Made by a program: the position numbers and the translations under genes. From NCBI RefSeq assembly GCF_009914755.1, contig NC_060944.1: a DNA stretch of 64,000 nucleotides. One strand, 5' to 3'. Shown here piece by piece: positions 29,475 to 48,220 of the stretch (positions are counted from its first letter, which is position 1; every line of letters begins with the position of its first letter). The notes below the pieces were generated by a model. That model was not told where the DNA came from. It searched no databases and saw only the letters and a list, made by a program, of their open reading frames with translations. The stretch comes from the human T2T-CHM13v2.0 reference genome, Homo sapiens.

Positions 29475-30272
29475 ACACCAAACACACCAGGCGTTGGCTC
29501 CAGGAAGGCACGTGGTTTGCTGCTTTATGTATGTCCAATGCCTGGTGCATAGCAGGTGCTCAGTAGACCCTTGGTGACTGCGTGGGTGCTGGAGTAGAAT
29601 GTTGTGGCCGCCAAAGGGAGGCAGGAAAGGTGACTCAGCTACCCCAGTGGTCCTCCCCGTCTTACTGATGAGGAGACTCGGGGAGAGCTGAGATGCTGAG
29701 GGCTGAAGAGCTGTGACTTAGCCCCTACCCTTCCACACCCATCCTGTGCCCACAAAGAGGGGTGGGCCCTGGGCTGTGTCGGGGAGCCCCAAAGAGAAGG
29801 CCTGAAGTCCGGCAGCTTTAAAGGGGACAGTCCTGGCCATGAGCCCTCTCTCTGAGCGCCCCTCACAACCCCTACAAGCTCCCCTCCCAAGGCTAGGCCA
29901 GCAGTGCCTGCAGGGGGCTGCCCAGGCGTGGTCCTGCCATGTGGGAACTGCCTGTGTGGCCCAGCAGGACCCAGATGAGTCACAGGAAAGCTGGGGTGCC
30001 CTCCCTCCAGCCCCACGTGTCTCCCTGGCTTCAAAGGAAACCGACTGAGGGTCCAAGTTTCCTCATGACTGAAAAATGTTCCACCCCAAAAATGTTCCAC
30101 ATGAGCAACAGCTCACCCAGAAAGAAAGAGAAATGAAGTAAGTGGCTTTTCAGCATGGGGAGAGACACTTGGCCATGCACAGCTACAGGCAGAGATCTGG
30201 GAAACAGAACGCCGGGGAAAGCAAGTGAGGAACAGGAGAACTCTGCAAATCAGAACACTCATCATAAAATAA

Positions 30273-32150
<1,878 letters not shown>

Positions 32151-32316
32151 GTTTTAAACATAATTTTTAAAATATAAAAGCAATGCTCACTTGTCACAAA
32201 ATCTAAGCAATGAAATGCAAATGATATGAAACCAGTTGTCCCTAACCACTCCCCTGAAATCACTACTATTAACATCTTTCCAGAGTTAACAAAAGGTCTT
32301 AAGTTTAGATATGCTT

Positions 32317-32620
32317 CTTTTTTTTTTTTTTTTTTTTTTTTGAGACAGAGTCTCACTCTGTCACCCAGGCTGGAGTGCAGTGAAACAATCTTGGCTCACT
32401 GCAACCTCTGCCTCCTGGGTTCAAGCAATTCTCTGCCTCAGCCTCCCGAGTAGCTGGGATTACAGGCGCCCACCACAATGCCCAGCTAATTTTTGTATTT
32501 TTAGTAGAGACAGGGTTTCACCATCTTGGCCAGGCAGGTCTTGAACTCCTGACCTCGTGATCCACCCGCCTTGGCCTCCCAAAGTGCTGGGATTACAGGT
32601 GTAAGCCACCGCACCCGGCC
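32317..32620 (-). mobile_element. Alu (AluS-type)
   Basis: Reverse Alu with TSD tagatatgcttct. Confidence 0.95.
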
Positions 32621-32684
32621 TAGATATGCTTCTATATTATTCGAACTTGTGCAACAGGCTGTGTGATTTGAAATTAAACACAAG

Positions 32685-32845
32685 GGCCAGGCACAGTGGC
32701 TCATGCTTGGAATCCCAGCACTTTGGGAGGCCAAGGCAGGTGGATCGCTTGAGTCTAGGAGTTCAAGACCAGCCCGGGTGACATGGCGAAACCCCATCTC
32801 TAAAAATAATAAATAAATAAACAAATAGATAGATAGATAAATAAA
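32685..32845 (+). mobile_element. Alu left monomer (FLAM-like)
   Basis: Left arm only, followed by a (TAAA)/(TAGA) tail; TSD gaaatt(a/g)aacacaa. Confidence 0.85.
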
Positions 32846-33779
32846 GGAAATTGAACACAAAACCTCCCTTTTGAGTCAACGATTATCAAGGAGGCTGTTA
32901 TAGTTGCAGAGGTGGCCTGGACAGAGTGGTGGCCATAGAGACAGAGAAGTGGCCAGTTGTAGGAGCAAATGTCACAGGTTCAACTGACAGGGTCAGACGC
33001 ACAGGCAGGGAGAAACAGGAGGGAGGACATGCCATGAGCTCCCTTGTCTAGGCCCACACTGAGGTGACACGGCCCAAGTGCCCCAGCCCGACAGGGTAGA
33101 CTGCGATCAGGGTCAGGAATTCAGTGAGGCAGGTCCTGGAGCACTGGGAGGGGGTACGAGGGTCTCAGATATCTGGGGCTGGGACTCTTGAGGTCATAGC
33201 AAGATAAGTGGATGACATACTCAGTTTCAAGAGTTAAACCCCAGATTTACATGGCTGCCTGGAGTCTGGATTCACTGGTGTGAAATTTGGAGGGAGATGA
33301 CAATAATAAGAATACTAATACTAACAGTAACAATAACTATCATAAGAACAGAGGCCAACACTCTGTAGCACTTACTACAGGCCAAGTGCTATATACGTGT
33401 TAACTCATAATCCCACAATCACCCTCTAGATATAGGTGGGTATAGAGAAGCATGCCCCCATTTCACAGATGAGAAAACTGAGGCCCAGAGAGGTGAAGTA
33501 ATTTGCCCACGGTCACACAGCTTGTATGGGATAGAGAAGGGCAGGGCGTATCACTGAACAAAATGGAGGTCCCTTCACCCCAGAGTTGCAAACCCAGCCT
33601 CCCTCACTCCCACTACCCCTCTGGGCCTCACTGCATGGATGGACAGTGGCAACAACCCCTCCTGGGCCTCCCTGACTCTACCCTCGTCCCCCATTCCCCA
33701 CAACAGTCCCTTCTCTATCCAGCGGCCAGAGCGATCTTCCTAAAGTTCTAGTCTCATCTTCCCTTGGTCTGCTCTCAGG

Positions 33780-33915
33780 CAGGGCCAGGCATTAGGTGAG
33801 GCCAGCAGGTGCCGGCACAATGTCAGGAGACCCCCCTCCCAGGTGAGCCCCTGCTCTGGCCTGATTCACAGCGAGGCCTCCTTAGGTTTTGAACACTCAG
33901 TGTCCCTCTTGCACA
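33780..33915. mobile_element. MER91-like hAT element
   Basis: cagggccaggcattaggtgagg...gaggcctccttaggttttg resembles the recalled MER91A consensus. Confidence 0.5.
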
Positions 33916-34476
33916 GATGGGAACAGACAGTCTCTGGAATCCCCCCAAAGCCGCATTTGAAGTTTCTTTCCAGGCAGACAGGCCCTTTCCAGGCGGATGG
34001 CTGCTTCAATCCAGATGAGGATGGAGGCCTGGGGATCTGGCAGCTCTGGGCTGATGGCACCACGTCCAGGGGAGAGGTTTCTGTTTTCCTGCAGTGGTTC
34101 TCTGGCCTATGCTTGCTGGATGGGGGTGTTGGTAAATCCTCCAGCTTCCTGGGGCCTGGGGAGGAGCAACCCTGAGGTGGACTCTGCACCCACTCCCAGA
34201 GGCCCCAGCAGGACGGAGCCCCAGCTGCCCAACTGATAACCTGCTCATCTAGACACCCAGCAGTACCAGCTGCCCCCTCCCCTCTGCTCTCAGAGCTTCC
34301 TGCGATCAGCTCCCCGCTAAGTTCCCTGCCCTTGGACTCTCTAAGTGTCTGCTTCTGGAAGAGGCCCAAGCCAAGACCTGGGAGACAGGTCAGTGGCTCA
34401 GGGCTCTGTGGCTCATGATATCTGCAGTATTCTCTCTGTGGCCTGGGTCTTCCTGTCTTCTGGGTGATCCCTCGGC

Positions 34477-34775
<299 letters not shown>

Positions 34776-35119
34776 GCAAGGAAGTTCCATAGCCCATACA
34801 GTGGGTATCTTAGGCAGGGCTCTATCAGATGAAAAATATAGCAGAACCCTGACTCAAATTGGCTGATGTCATGAGAATTTACGTCAACTGTCTCTGGTAA
34901 AAGCAGGAGTAGAGATAGGCTTCAGGCATGGTTGGATCCAGATGCTAAATCAATGTCTACAAAGATGCACTACCTCTGGCTCTCATCTCTTTTACTCCAC
35001 ACAGACTCTCCAGGTCATGATGTGACCAAGGTTGCCCCTTGCCACTCCCAGCTTTATTCTCACCAGCTCAGCAACCCCAGGGAAAAGGGAGCACCAATTT
35101 CCAATTGTTTCAGAACAAG

Positions 35120-35605
35120 GTCAGTGGCAATGTTACTCAAACTCGAACGTGCCCATGTTCACACTGGGGCCCTGGGGACTATGATAAAATGCAGATTCTG
35201 GCTCATAGGTTTGGGGTGGGGACTCAGATGCTGCATTCACTGCATTTTTTTTAAGATAGAGTCTTGCTCTGTTGCCCAGGCTGGAGTACAGTGGCATGAT
35301 CACAGCTCACTGCAACCTCCACTCCTGGCCTCAAGTAATCCTCCTGCCTCAGCCTCCCAAGTAACTGGGACTTCAGGTGCATGCCATTATACCCAGTTAA
35401 TTTTTGTATTTTTTGTAGAGACCTGGTCTTACTGTGTCACCCAGGCTCGTCTTGAACTCCTGAACCCAAGTGATCCACCCACCTCGGCCTCCCAAAGTGC
35501 TAAGATTACAGGTGCGAGCCACCCCGACCAGCCCAGATGCTGCATTTCTAACAAGCTCCCAGGTGCTCCTTGTGCTGCTGATCTGGAACCATACGTTGAG
35601 TAGGA
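35120..35605. mobile_element. MER5A interrupted by a reverse AluJ (35245-35535)
   Basis: aaaatgcagattctggctcatagg on the left and gcatttctaacaagctcccaggtg on the right; TSD cagatgctgcatt. Confidence 0.85.
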
Positions 35606-35637
35606 AGGTCTTTGCATGATGCCATTCCTCTCAGCTA

Positions 35638-35975
<338 letters not shown>

Positions 35976-36675
35976 TCATCTAAAGAAAAATCGTAATCAA
36001 AATTAAAAAGTAAAAGCACATTGTGCACACACAGGAAACTATTGCTGCATCCCAAGAGTCCCGCATGCAGTAGCTCATCAACTGGTCACAAGGACGTTAG
36101 AGGTGGGTGCTCTCATTACCTCATTTCTCCACAAGGCCCAGACACATTCCCAAGCCTGCACAGCTGGGAAGCAGCGAAGCTGCTTTGACCCCAAGTAATG
36201 AATTCTCCAGATGGAATAAACAAGGGCCCTGCTGATGGCCCTTAATGCTCTTTGCAATCCTCCTCTATTACAAAACCACCGTGCTGAGCAACCCCACAGG
36301 TGCGTGTGTTTGTAAGCATGCACTAGTAGGTTTGGGGAAAGAGATTCCTACAGGCGAAATTGCTGTATCAAAAGATGATGTATGGTTCTATTATTGCTAG
36401 GGGCTGCCAAAAGGGAAAGAGACTGCCCATTTCCCCACATCCATGCCAGAACTGCATGTTCTTGTTTTTGCCACTCTGGGGAGAGGCGCCCTTCCTCATG
36501 GCCCTAGGAAGGTAGTGAAGTTATGTCCCAGCCCCAGGTAGGCAGCCTCCTTCCTGCAAGGGGTCATCCAGGGAGCACCCTGTGCCAGCCCACCTCTGGG
36601 CATCCTGTTGTCATGGAAATATTTCAAGGCCTGCTTTCATCCTGAATAGCAACTTCAGTGGAAAGAGAAGGCCTC

Positions 36676-37066
36676 TGTTATGGGCTAAATTGTGGTCCCT
36701 CAAAATTCATATGTTGAAGTCCCAACCCCCAAGACCTGAAAATATGACTGCATTTAGAGATGGGGTCTTTAAAGAGGTGGTTACGTTTAAATGGTTGTTA
36801 GGGTGGGCCCTAATCCAGTCTGCCCGGTGTCCTTATAAGAAGAACAGACCTCAGGAGCGCACATGCACAGAGGGATGACCGTGTGCAGAGGCAGCAAGAG
36901 GGTCGCCATCTGCAGGCCAAAGAGAGAGGCCTTGACGGAAATCAACCCTGACAGCCGGCATCTCGAGCTTGGACTTCCAGCCTCCAGCACTGTGAGATAA
37001 TAACTGTGTTGCTTAAGCCACCCGGTCTGTGGTCTTTTGCTATGGCAGTTCTAGCGAACAAATATA
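36676..37066 (+). mobile_element. MLT1B-type MaLR solo LTR
   Basis: tgttatgggctaaattgtggtccctcaaaattcatatgttgaagtcc...ggacttccagcctccag...aatata; 5-bp TSD gcctc on both sides. Confidence 0.9.
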
Positions 37067-37289
37067 GCCTCTTTCCCTGCACACCTAGAAGAGTTCCTGG
37101 GAAGATGCCCATATGCCTGGCTTGGTTCACTTCCCGTCTGTTACCAATTGCTGTGGTCACCAGATGCTGAACTCTAATCGGTCAGGCCTTGGCCAAGTGC
37201 TCATCCCTGGAGCTAGGGATGGGCTCAGCCTGCCAACCTGGGTTCACTTTTCCTTGTTTGATTAAAAATTTTAATTTAAAGCAAGTGAC

Positions 37290-38075
<786 letters not shown>

Positions 38076-38439
38076 TAGCCCCTGGAGATTTCACTTAAAT
38101 CCTGTGAGCTCAGCCATCTATCCCCAAGATGCAGTTCCTCCAAGATACCTGGCAGGCACCCTGGCAGGAGGGTGTCACGGTTCTCTAACCTGGCTGACTA
38201 CTGAGCCTCTGGGCTCCATGAGGACAGGATGTCTCTCTCACTCGCTGCTAGCCCAGTCCCTGGCACAGCCCTGGGGCTTGGCAAATATTTGTTGAATGAA
38301 TAAACAGGCTGTGGCTTATAAGCTGGTTCAGATTCCAGCTCCCCACTCACTCCGCATGGAAGAATCACTTCAATCCTCCAAGCCCCCCGTTCTTCATCTG
38401 CATGGGGGATATTTTGTTGTTATTGTTGTTTTTTAAACT

Positions 38440-38935
38440 TGGGATTTTTTTTTTTTGAAAAATAGAACAGATACAGATACAAAAACCACACAGCATAAGC
38501 ATGTGACTTAATGATTTATTATAAGGCAACTGAACACCCTCGTGACCACCTCTAGGTCAAGAAATGTAACTTTGCCTGCCACCCCTGGAAACCCCTGCAG
38601 AACCCTGTCCTCTCAAAGCCCTGCCCCTCCCAAAAGTCACTGCTACCCTAAGTGTTATGGATATCACTTGTGTTTCTTTCTTGTTTTACCAACCATGTGA
38701 GCAGCCCCAGACACTATACTTAATCTTGCCCACTTTTTAAAAACTTGATGTCTCTTTTAGTTTCTATTCCTCCTCCATCCCTTTCTTTTCCTTACAATTT
38801 ACCTGCGCAGTACCTGGGCCATTTAACCTGCAGAGATCCCTGGGTCTGGGTTAGGCTGATGACAGCACCGTGTCATGGTTCAACACGTTCTGTCCTTGGG
38901 ATTTTCTGTAAAACGGCAGCTGGATCCTGAGGCTA
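38440..38935 (-). mobile_element. Old L1M 3' fragments
   Basis: gaacaccctcgtgaccacctctaggtcaagaaatgtaac is typical reverse L1M 3'UTR text. Confidence 0.6.
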
Positions 38936-39328
38936 CACCAGGGATGTTTCCAAGCTTCTGCCCTCACGGGTCGTGGTGAGAATTGAAGGGGGATGGGTGA
39001 GTGTTTGATATCAGCGAGCAGCCCCCAGAAGCAGCCGCCAAGGCTGTTCGGAGATGCTCACGAGGCCTGAACATGGACAGCCCGAGGGACATCCCATCTC
39101 AACAGTCCATCCTGGCTTCTCTCCCCACCCAGACCCACCCACCCCACTTTGGGAAAGTTCTAGGGCCATGGCTGGCTCATCCCAGCGAGAGCTGGCAGCA
39201 GAATGGCCTGTAATTTTAGCTGTTTCTCTTCCCTAAAATTATTTCCCATCTGGAAATGGTTTCCCAACCCTGCCCAGGAAAGAGTTGGTGGTGCAAGGAA
39301 CATTTTTCTATTAAAAAAAAAAAATAGG

Positions 39329-39450
39329 GGCCGGGCACTGAGGCAGGAGAATCGCTTGAACCCGGCAGGCGGAGGTTGTGGCGAGCCAAGATCGTGCCAC
39401 TGCACTCCAGCCTGGGCAACAGAGCAAAACTCCGTCTCAAATAAATATAT
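39329..39450 (+). mobile_element. Alu remnant with large deletion
   Basis: ggccgggca is joined directly to ctgaggcaggagaatcgc. Confidence 0.88.
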
Positions 39451-39861
39451 AAAACCAGCCACCAAACACTGAATCTTTGCAGCCCAGGCTCTGGAGGCCT
39501 GGCTGAGTGCCAGCTGTATACCCTGCCTTGAGGGAACTCTGTCAGCGAGGAGCAGAGGGTGAGAGGGCATAGTCAGGGCTCTGCTGCCAGGATACCCCCA
39601 CCCACCCAGTACATTCGGACAAGGACTTTGTTGCAGGGCCTGGGACAGCCCCAGGCGAGCTGAGAAGGATCCGACCTGGGGTTGAGTGGCCTGCCCAGCT
39701 GCTGCCACACTCGAGGTCTGTGGGTTATTCTAGGTCCCACAGGGCATGAAATCACAGAGCAGAAGTTCTTCCTATGGGGATTCTCTTGCAGCTGCTCTGA
39801 GCATTTCAAGAAAAAAAAAAAATCCCTGCCGCTAACATCTCCCCATCACCTCGCTAATTCT

Positions 39862-40947
<1,086 letters not shown>

Positions 40948-41303
40948 TAAAGTTTCCTCTGCAGAAACAGGTTTAAAGAAAAATGTGGGCAGAAAGTCCG
41001 TTTAAAATATATATTAAGGAAAATAAAACACAGATAGCACAAAATCCAAAGCTACCTGGAGTTTTGGTGCCTGGAGCCATGGTGAAGAGGGCATACTCCA
41101 GATCTGAGGGCCCAGGCTTGCATTCTGGCTGTGACTCTGTGGGCCCTGTGATTTTAGGCAAGTCACTTGCCTTCTCTGAGTCATGGTGCTTTACCTGTAA
41201 AAGAAAGGAAAATAATAACACCTCCTTCCTATGATGATCTCTGAGAATTCAATAAAACAATGCTGAGAAGACACTCAGCCCAGTACCAGGCACATGGGTT
41301 GCA

Positions 41304-41590
41304 TTTAATTCTGTCAGAACACAAGGTGGGTGCTATTTTTATTCCTGTTGGGAAGCTGAGGCCCAGAGAGGTCATCTAGCCCATCCAAGGTTGCACAGCT
41401 TGTAGGTGGTGGAGGTGGAACTAGAACCCACAAAGTTCTAATGTGAGACTGGGATTTGTGCTCTTAAACCACTGTGCTGCTATTGGCAGATCCATCTATC
41501 CACCCATCCATCTGTCCGTCCGTCCATCCATCCATCCATCCATCCACCCACCCATCCATCCATCCACCCACCCACCCATACATTCATTCA
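41304..41590 (+). repeat. Copy A of a local direct duplication (MIR fragment plus (TCCA)n)
   Basis: 41304-41496 aligns to 43110-43302 without gaps, with 10 mismatches by manual comparison. Confidence 0.93.
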
Positions 41591-42680
41591 TTTGGTCAGA
41601 ATTCATGGAATTGTTCTGAGTTCATGGTGTTTTCTCAAAAAGCAGCAAAGTGCAGAAGTTCCCAGAGTAGGTTCAAATCCCAACCTGCCATGTACAGGAC
41701 ACCTGGGCAAGTTGTCCCACCTCTCCGAGCCTCAGCTTGCCCATCTGGAAGAGGGGAACATTGATAGCCCTTTGAAGTTCCCGCAGGAGGTAGAAGACCG
41801 TTTTCTGGGACTTCACAGTGTCCTACGTGCCCTGCATCTGACCCCATGGTCTGCCTTCACCTCTAAGTCTCAGTGAATCAAGCTCCGCCATATGTCTGCC
41901 TCATCCTGCCTCCCTCCTCCCTTTCACTCCAATTTAGCCAGACTCAGCCATTGGGGTTCCCTGAACAGCCCCTGGGCCTTTGTACACTTTGTTCCTCCAG
42001 CCCGAAATGTCCTCTTGCTTCCATCTGGTAACCATGATTCCTCCCTGAAAAATCAGGTGGGCTTCCCCCTCTGCCCCAGGAGCATCCCCTGAGGCTGAGC
42101 CAAGCTCTGCCTTTCTGGGCTCCCCCAGCTCCCCGCTTCTCTGACATGGAAAGGTCATGGATGTAATAACTTAGACAAACTCTTGTGCTCTGCCACTGTC
42201 CACCTTCTTGGTCACAAATGTCTGCTTCCCTTCTTTCATGCAGGTACATGCACCCCTCTGCAAACGAGTCCACACACATGTTTTTACACAATCATGGCAT
42301 GTGATCCGAAGGCATGAGATCTGCCTTCGTACATGCAACATGCAATGGTGGAACGGCATTACCTCTGGCTAGTGACCTCTCCTGGACTCAGCTATCACCT
42401 TTGCAGAAAGGGGGCAGTAACAGGACCTGCCGCACATCTGCTGTCATGAAGACCACATGAGCTAATATATGTGGGAAGCCCTTAGCACAGCGCCTGGGAG
42501 AGCATAAGCGCTCGATGCAAGGCAGAAGAAAGGCGTGTCCTGGTGTGACAGGGCCCTTCCGACCAGGGCTGGTACTAAGGTGAGAAAAGCGAGGTGCCTA
42601 CCGTGCAAAATGTAAGGCAGCGTTCACTCTCAGAGCAGTGCACCTGCCGCTGGGTCCTCGGAGCCACAGAGCAGTCCCGC

Positions 42681-42694
42681 TCGCCCCCTGCTGG
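42681..42694 (-). promoter_or_regulatory. CTCF core motif CCAGCAGGGGGCGA
   Basis: Plus strand tcgccccctgctgg; the reverse complement in context is tgaCCAGCAGGGGGCGAgc. Motif match only; binding not shown. Confidence 0.65.
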
Positions 42695-43109
42695 TCACTC
42701 TGCAGAATGACGTCCCTTCCCTCTGCTCTCAGGGGTCCCTGAGCCTCGGTTTCTTCACCTGTAAGGTGGGGTAGGAGAATCTGCCTCTCAGTTTGCAGGG
42801 CAAACAGGAGGCACTCCTCCAACATCAATGTCCTCCTCTCAATGCCAGCACTTAATGAGCACCTACTATGTGCAAAGAAAGATGACTGAGACATGATCCC
42901 TACCCTTCAGGGGTTTAGCGAGTGGAGAGGGGAGGAGGTAGGCTGGGAACAGTGACTAAAGTAAGACACTTGTCCCTATGCAGCACCTACTGCTTACCCC
43001 AGAGCAGTCAGAACCACTGCCCTGGCACCTGTCCATCTGCATATGTTTACTAAGCACCTACTGTGTGCCTGAGCCCAGGCTCAGCTGTGGATTTACATGG
43101 ATTAAGGGG

Positions 43110-43400
43110 TTTAATGCTGTCAGAACACAAGGTGGGTGTTCTTTTTATTCCTGTTGGGAAGCTGAGGGCCAGAGAGGTCATCTAGCCCATCCAAGCTTGC
43201 ACAGCTTGTAGGTGGTGGAGGTGGAACCAGAACCCCCAAAGTTCTAATGTGAGGCTGGGATTTGTGCTCTTAAACCGCTATGCTGCTATTGGCAGATCCA
43301 TCCATCCACCCATCCATCCACCTACCCATCCATCTATCCAACCATCCATCCATCTATCCATCCATCCCCATCCGTCCATCCACCCACCCATCCATTCATT
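43110..43400 (+). repeat. Copy B of the local direct duplication, within a reverse MIR / L2-tail context
   Basis: Same alignment as copy A; MIR sequence continues leftwards and the L2 3' end continues rightwards. Confidence 0.93.
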
Positions 43401-43595
43401 CAACAAATATTCGTTGAGCACCTACTGAGTGCCAGACACAGTGCTGAGTGCTGGAGAGATGCCAGTGACCAGAAAGACACAGCCCATCCCTGCCCCCAGC
43501 AGCTGTTCACAAAGAGAGGATGGGCAATAAGCAAGACAAATAAGTAAAATATATGGCACTTGGTGATTCTTGCTGTATATAAAAATAGAGTAAAA

Positions 43596-44710
<1,115 letters not shown>

Positions 44711-44822
44711 CCCTCGTGTTGACAGGTACACGCTCGCGGTGCGGTTATCACGCTGCTGCTGGTGTCACCACGCGGGCGCTGCAGGGACGGACCTTTCCCA
44801 TCGCCAGGCTCTTCGGGGACTG

Positions 44823-44854
44823 CTGCAATGCCCCGTGCAGCCGCCAGGGAGCGC
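44823..44854 (+). promoter_or_regulatory. CTCF motif with upstream module (CTGCAATGCC-N8-CCGCCAGGGAGCGC)
   Basis: Core at 44841-44854 plus a TGCA(A/G)TNCC upstream module at a spacing consistent with ZF9-11 contacts. Motif match only. Confidence 0.6.
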
Positions 44855-45066
44855 CCGAGCCGCACCCAGGACGCGCGGGGACCGGGTCATCCCGCGGGCT
44901 ACCTGTGCGGGGCAGGACGCTTAGCCGCACCCTTGGCCTCCGACTACTCGGAGTCTGTTGCATTCCTCCTTCCCCCCGCGCGCCGTGTGACAGCCAAAAC
45001 TGTCCCCAGACATTGCCAGGCGCCCCCTGGAGGGGAAAGTCGCCCCCACGGCAGTCAGAGCCATGG
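44845..45066 (-). mobile_element. MER20 (GC/CpG-enriched copy)
   Basis: gtgacagccaaaactgtccccagacattgcca...cccctggaggggaaagtcgcccc aligns with the other two MER20 copies in the window. Confidence 0.8.
45020..45033 (-). promoter_or_regulatory. CTCF core motif CCTCCAGGGGGCGC inside MER20
   Basis: Plus strand gcgccccctggagg. Motif match only. Confidence 0.65.
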
Positions 45067-45254
45067 CCTGCGCAGCCACATTCATTTACTGAGCGCCTAC
45101 TGTGTGCCTGCGTCTGGGCTCCGCAGGGGCTCACGGGGGTTTCTCCTTTTCATCCAGGTTTCTGTTCAGATGTCACCACCTCAGAAAGACCCTGTCCTAG
45201 ACACGCTCCATTCAATGACCCGAAAGGATCTTGTTGAAATGTTAACTTATTACA

Positions 45255-45575
45255 TTTTTGGGTTTTTGTTGTTGTTGTTTTTGGTTTTGCTTTGAGACAA
45301 GGTCTTGCTCTGTCACCCAAGCTGGAGTGCAGTGGCACAATCTAGGCTCACTGCAGCCTCAACCTCCTGGGTTCAAGTGATCCTTCCACCTCAGCCTCCA
45401 AGTAGCTGGGACCACAGGTGTGCACCACCACACCCGGCTATTTTTTTTTTTTTTTTTTTTTTTTAGTAGAGACAGGGTCTCACTATGTTGCCCAGGCTAG
45501 TCTCAAACTTCTGGGTTCAAGTGATCCTCCTGCCTCTGCCTCCCAACGTGCTGGGATTATGCCACTCTGCCTAGC
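45255..45575 (-). mobile_element. AluJ
   Basis: Reverse Alu with J diagnostics and an expanded central T-run. Confidence 0.92.
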
Positions 45576-46157
45576 CTTCTTTATTGTCTGTCTCCCCTAC
45601 CCAGCAGACAAACCCCTGCCCTCTTAGAGTGCAACTTCCAGTGAGCCAGATGGTCACCTCTTTGAAGTGGTGGCATTTGAGTTGTGCCTTGAAGGATAGA
45701 AGCTGCCGATCATGGCAGAATTTGAAGAAAGGTCTTTCCTGGCAGAGGGAAAAGTCAGGGCGAAGGCCTAGGGGCTGCTCAAGTCCCTGCCTTAAGGCAT
45801 TTAGAGCGTCCTGCCCAGTGGGTGATGGGTCCCCAGGCCACACACAGCTGCTGGCCGAGCGCCCCAAGTCATCAGGAAGCCATGTGGTGTGGACAAGGGC
45901 CAGGCAGCCTGGACACACAAAGGCCCATTGACAGCTGCATGGGAAAAGTCCAGGGCACCCAAGCCGGAAGCCCAAGGCTGCTCCCTCTTGTCAACTCCCA
46001 AGGAGCTTTGGGTGGGGACAATAGAAAAGCCAGACCTTCTCAGGAGACTCAAGTTTCCCTGGGGTGGGGCAAAAATGCAGGTGGCCTGGTCACTGGGACA
46101 TGCAGGGCAGCTGTGTGAGGCTTTTGCAGTCCCCCAGCCCTGGTTCTAAGTCTAGCC

Positions 46158-46171
46158 CTGCCCCCTGCTAG
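46158..46171 (-). promoter_or_regulatory. Weaker CTCF-like motif CTAGCAGGGGGCAG within a MIR
   Basis: Plus strand ctgccccctgctag. Confidence 0.4.
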
Positions 46172-46240
46172 CAGAGTGACCTTGGTCATGTCATGCTCCC
46201 TCTCAGACCCTAAGTTCCCTCATCTCTAACACAGGGTGAA

Positions 46241-46542
46241 AGCTGGGTGCAGTGGCTCACACCTGTAATCCCAGCATTTTGGGAGGCCAAAGTGGGTAGA
46301 TCGCTTGAGTCCAGGAGTTTGAGACCAGCTGAGCAACATGGTGAAACCTCGTCTCTACAAAAAATACAAAAATTAGCTGGGCATGGTGGCACACGCCTGT
46401 AGTCCCAGCTACTCGGGAGGCTGAGGTGGGACAATCACTTGAGCTAGCAAGGTTGAGGCTGCAGTGAGCGAAGATCACGCAACTGCACTCCAGCCTGGGC
46501 AACAGAGCAACACTCAGTCTAAATAAATAAATAAATAAATAC
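46241..46542 (+). mobile_element. Alu (AluJ-type)
   Basis: Dimeric Alu with TSD-like gggtgaaa. Confidence 0.93.
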
Positions 46543-47315
46543 AATGGGGTGAAAAATAGAAGCAACCTTCCAGCAATGGTGTGAGACTGCCTGGGTAGAG
46601 TAGTGGGAACCAGGCCTGATTCAGCAGGTGTTTAAGAGCAGGTGGTCAGTTCCAGCAGTCAGCTATAGTGGCTGGCTGGAGTGGCCATCTGTGGCGGTCA
46701 GTAGTGGTGGTCGGTCATAGTAGTCAACTTTCATGGTCGGCTATCACGACACTAAGCATGAGGACCGTCAGGTGAGCATGGCTGGGGTGTTTGGTCAGAC
46801 AGACCTGGGTTCCACAGGTCTCCTGCTTTCCAGTGTGGGGCAGATATGATCTCCTTTTTCCAAGCCTCTGTTCCTCCATCTGTAAGATGGGGATAATGAG
46901 AGCCCTACACAGGGCAATGACTGTGAAGCGCCCAGCACTGGGATTATAGAATGTTCCAGGGCTTTGGAGGGCAGCCTCAGAAGAGCAGGCCAAGGAAAGC
47001 GCAGGCCTCCCGACTGAAGGAGGTCTGCAGAGCCAGCAGGTAAAGAGTGGCTATAAACGAACAGGAGCTGGGCCTCCCTCCGCGGGCAGGGGGGACGCAT
47101 GAGGGCATGTTCCCAGCCTGATAGCAGGAAGCATTTCTGGAAAAGCCCAGCTGAATAGTGAAGATAGCAGAGCAGGAATGTGAAGAACGCAGACCTGGGA
47201 TCAGCTTGCTGGGCTCAAGTCCCCTGTACTAGCTGTGTGTCCTTGGGCAAGTTACTTGACCTCTCTGTGCCTTGGTTTCCTCATCTGTGAAACAGGGATA
47301 AGATCAACCTAACTA

Positions 47316-47735
<420 letters not shown>

Positions 47736-47742
47736 TCAGCAG

Positions 47743-48220
<478 letters not shown>

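Noticed and set aside
33800-33816. CTCF-like ccagcaggtgccgg in a MER91-like element, and gccacagatggc at ~46684-46695
   Set aside because: Both mismatch key core positions, so they are too weak to call.
34932-35603. 223-aa ATG-initiated ORF
   Set aside because: It is stitched from LTR, MER5A and antisense AluJ sequence and gives typical Alu-derived peptide.
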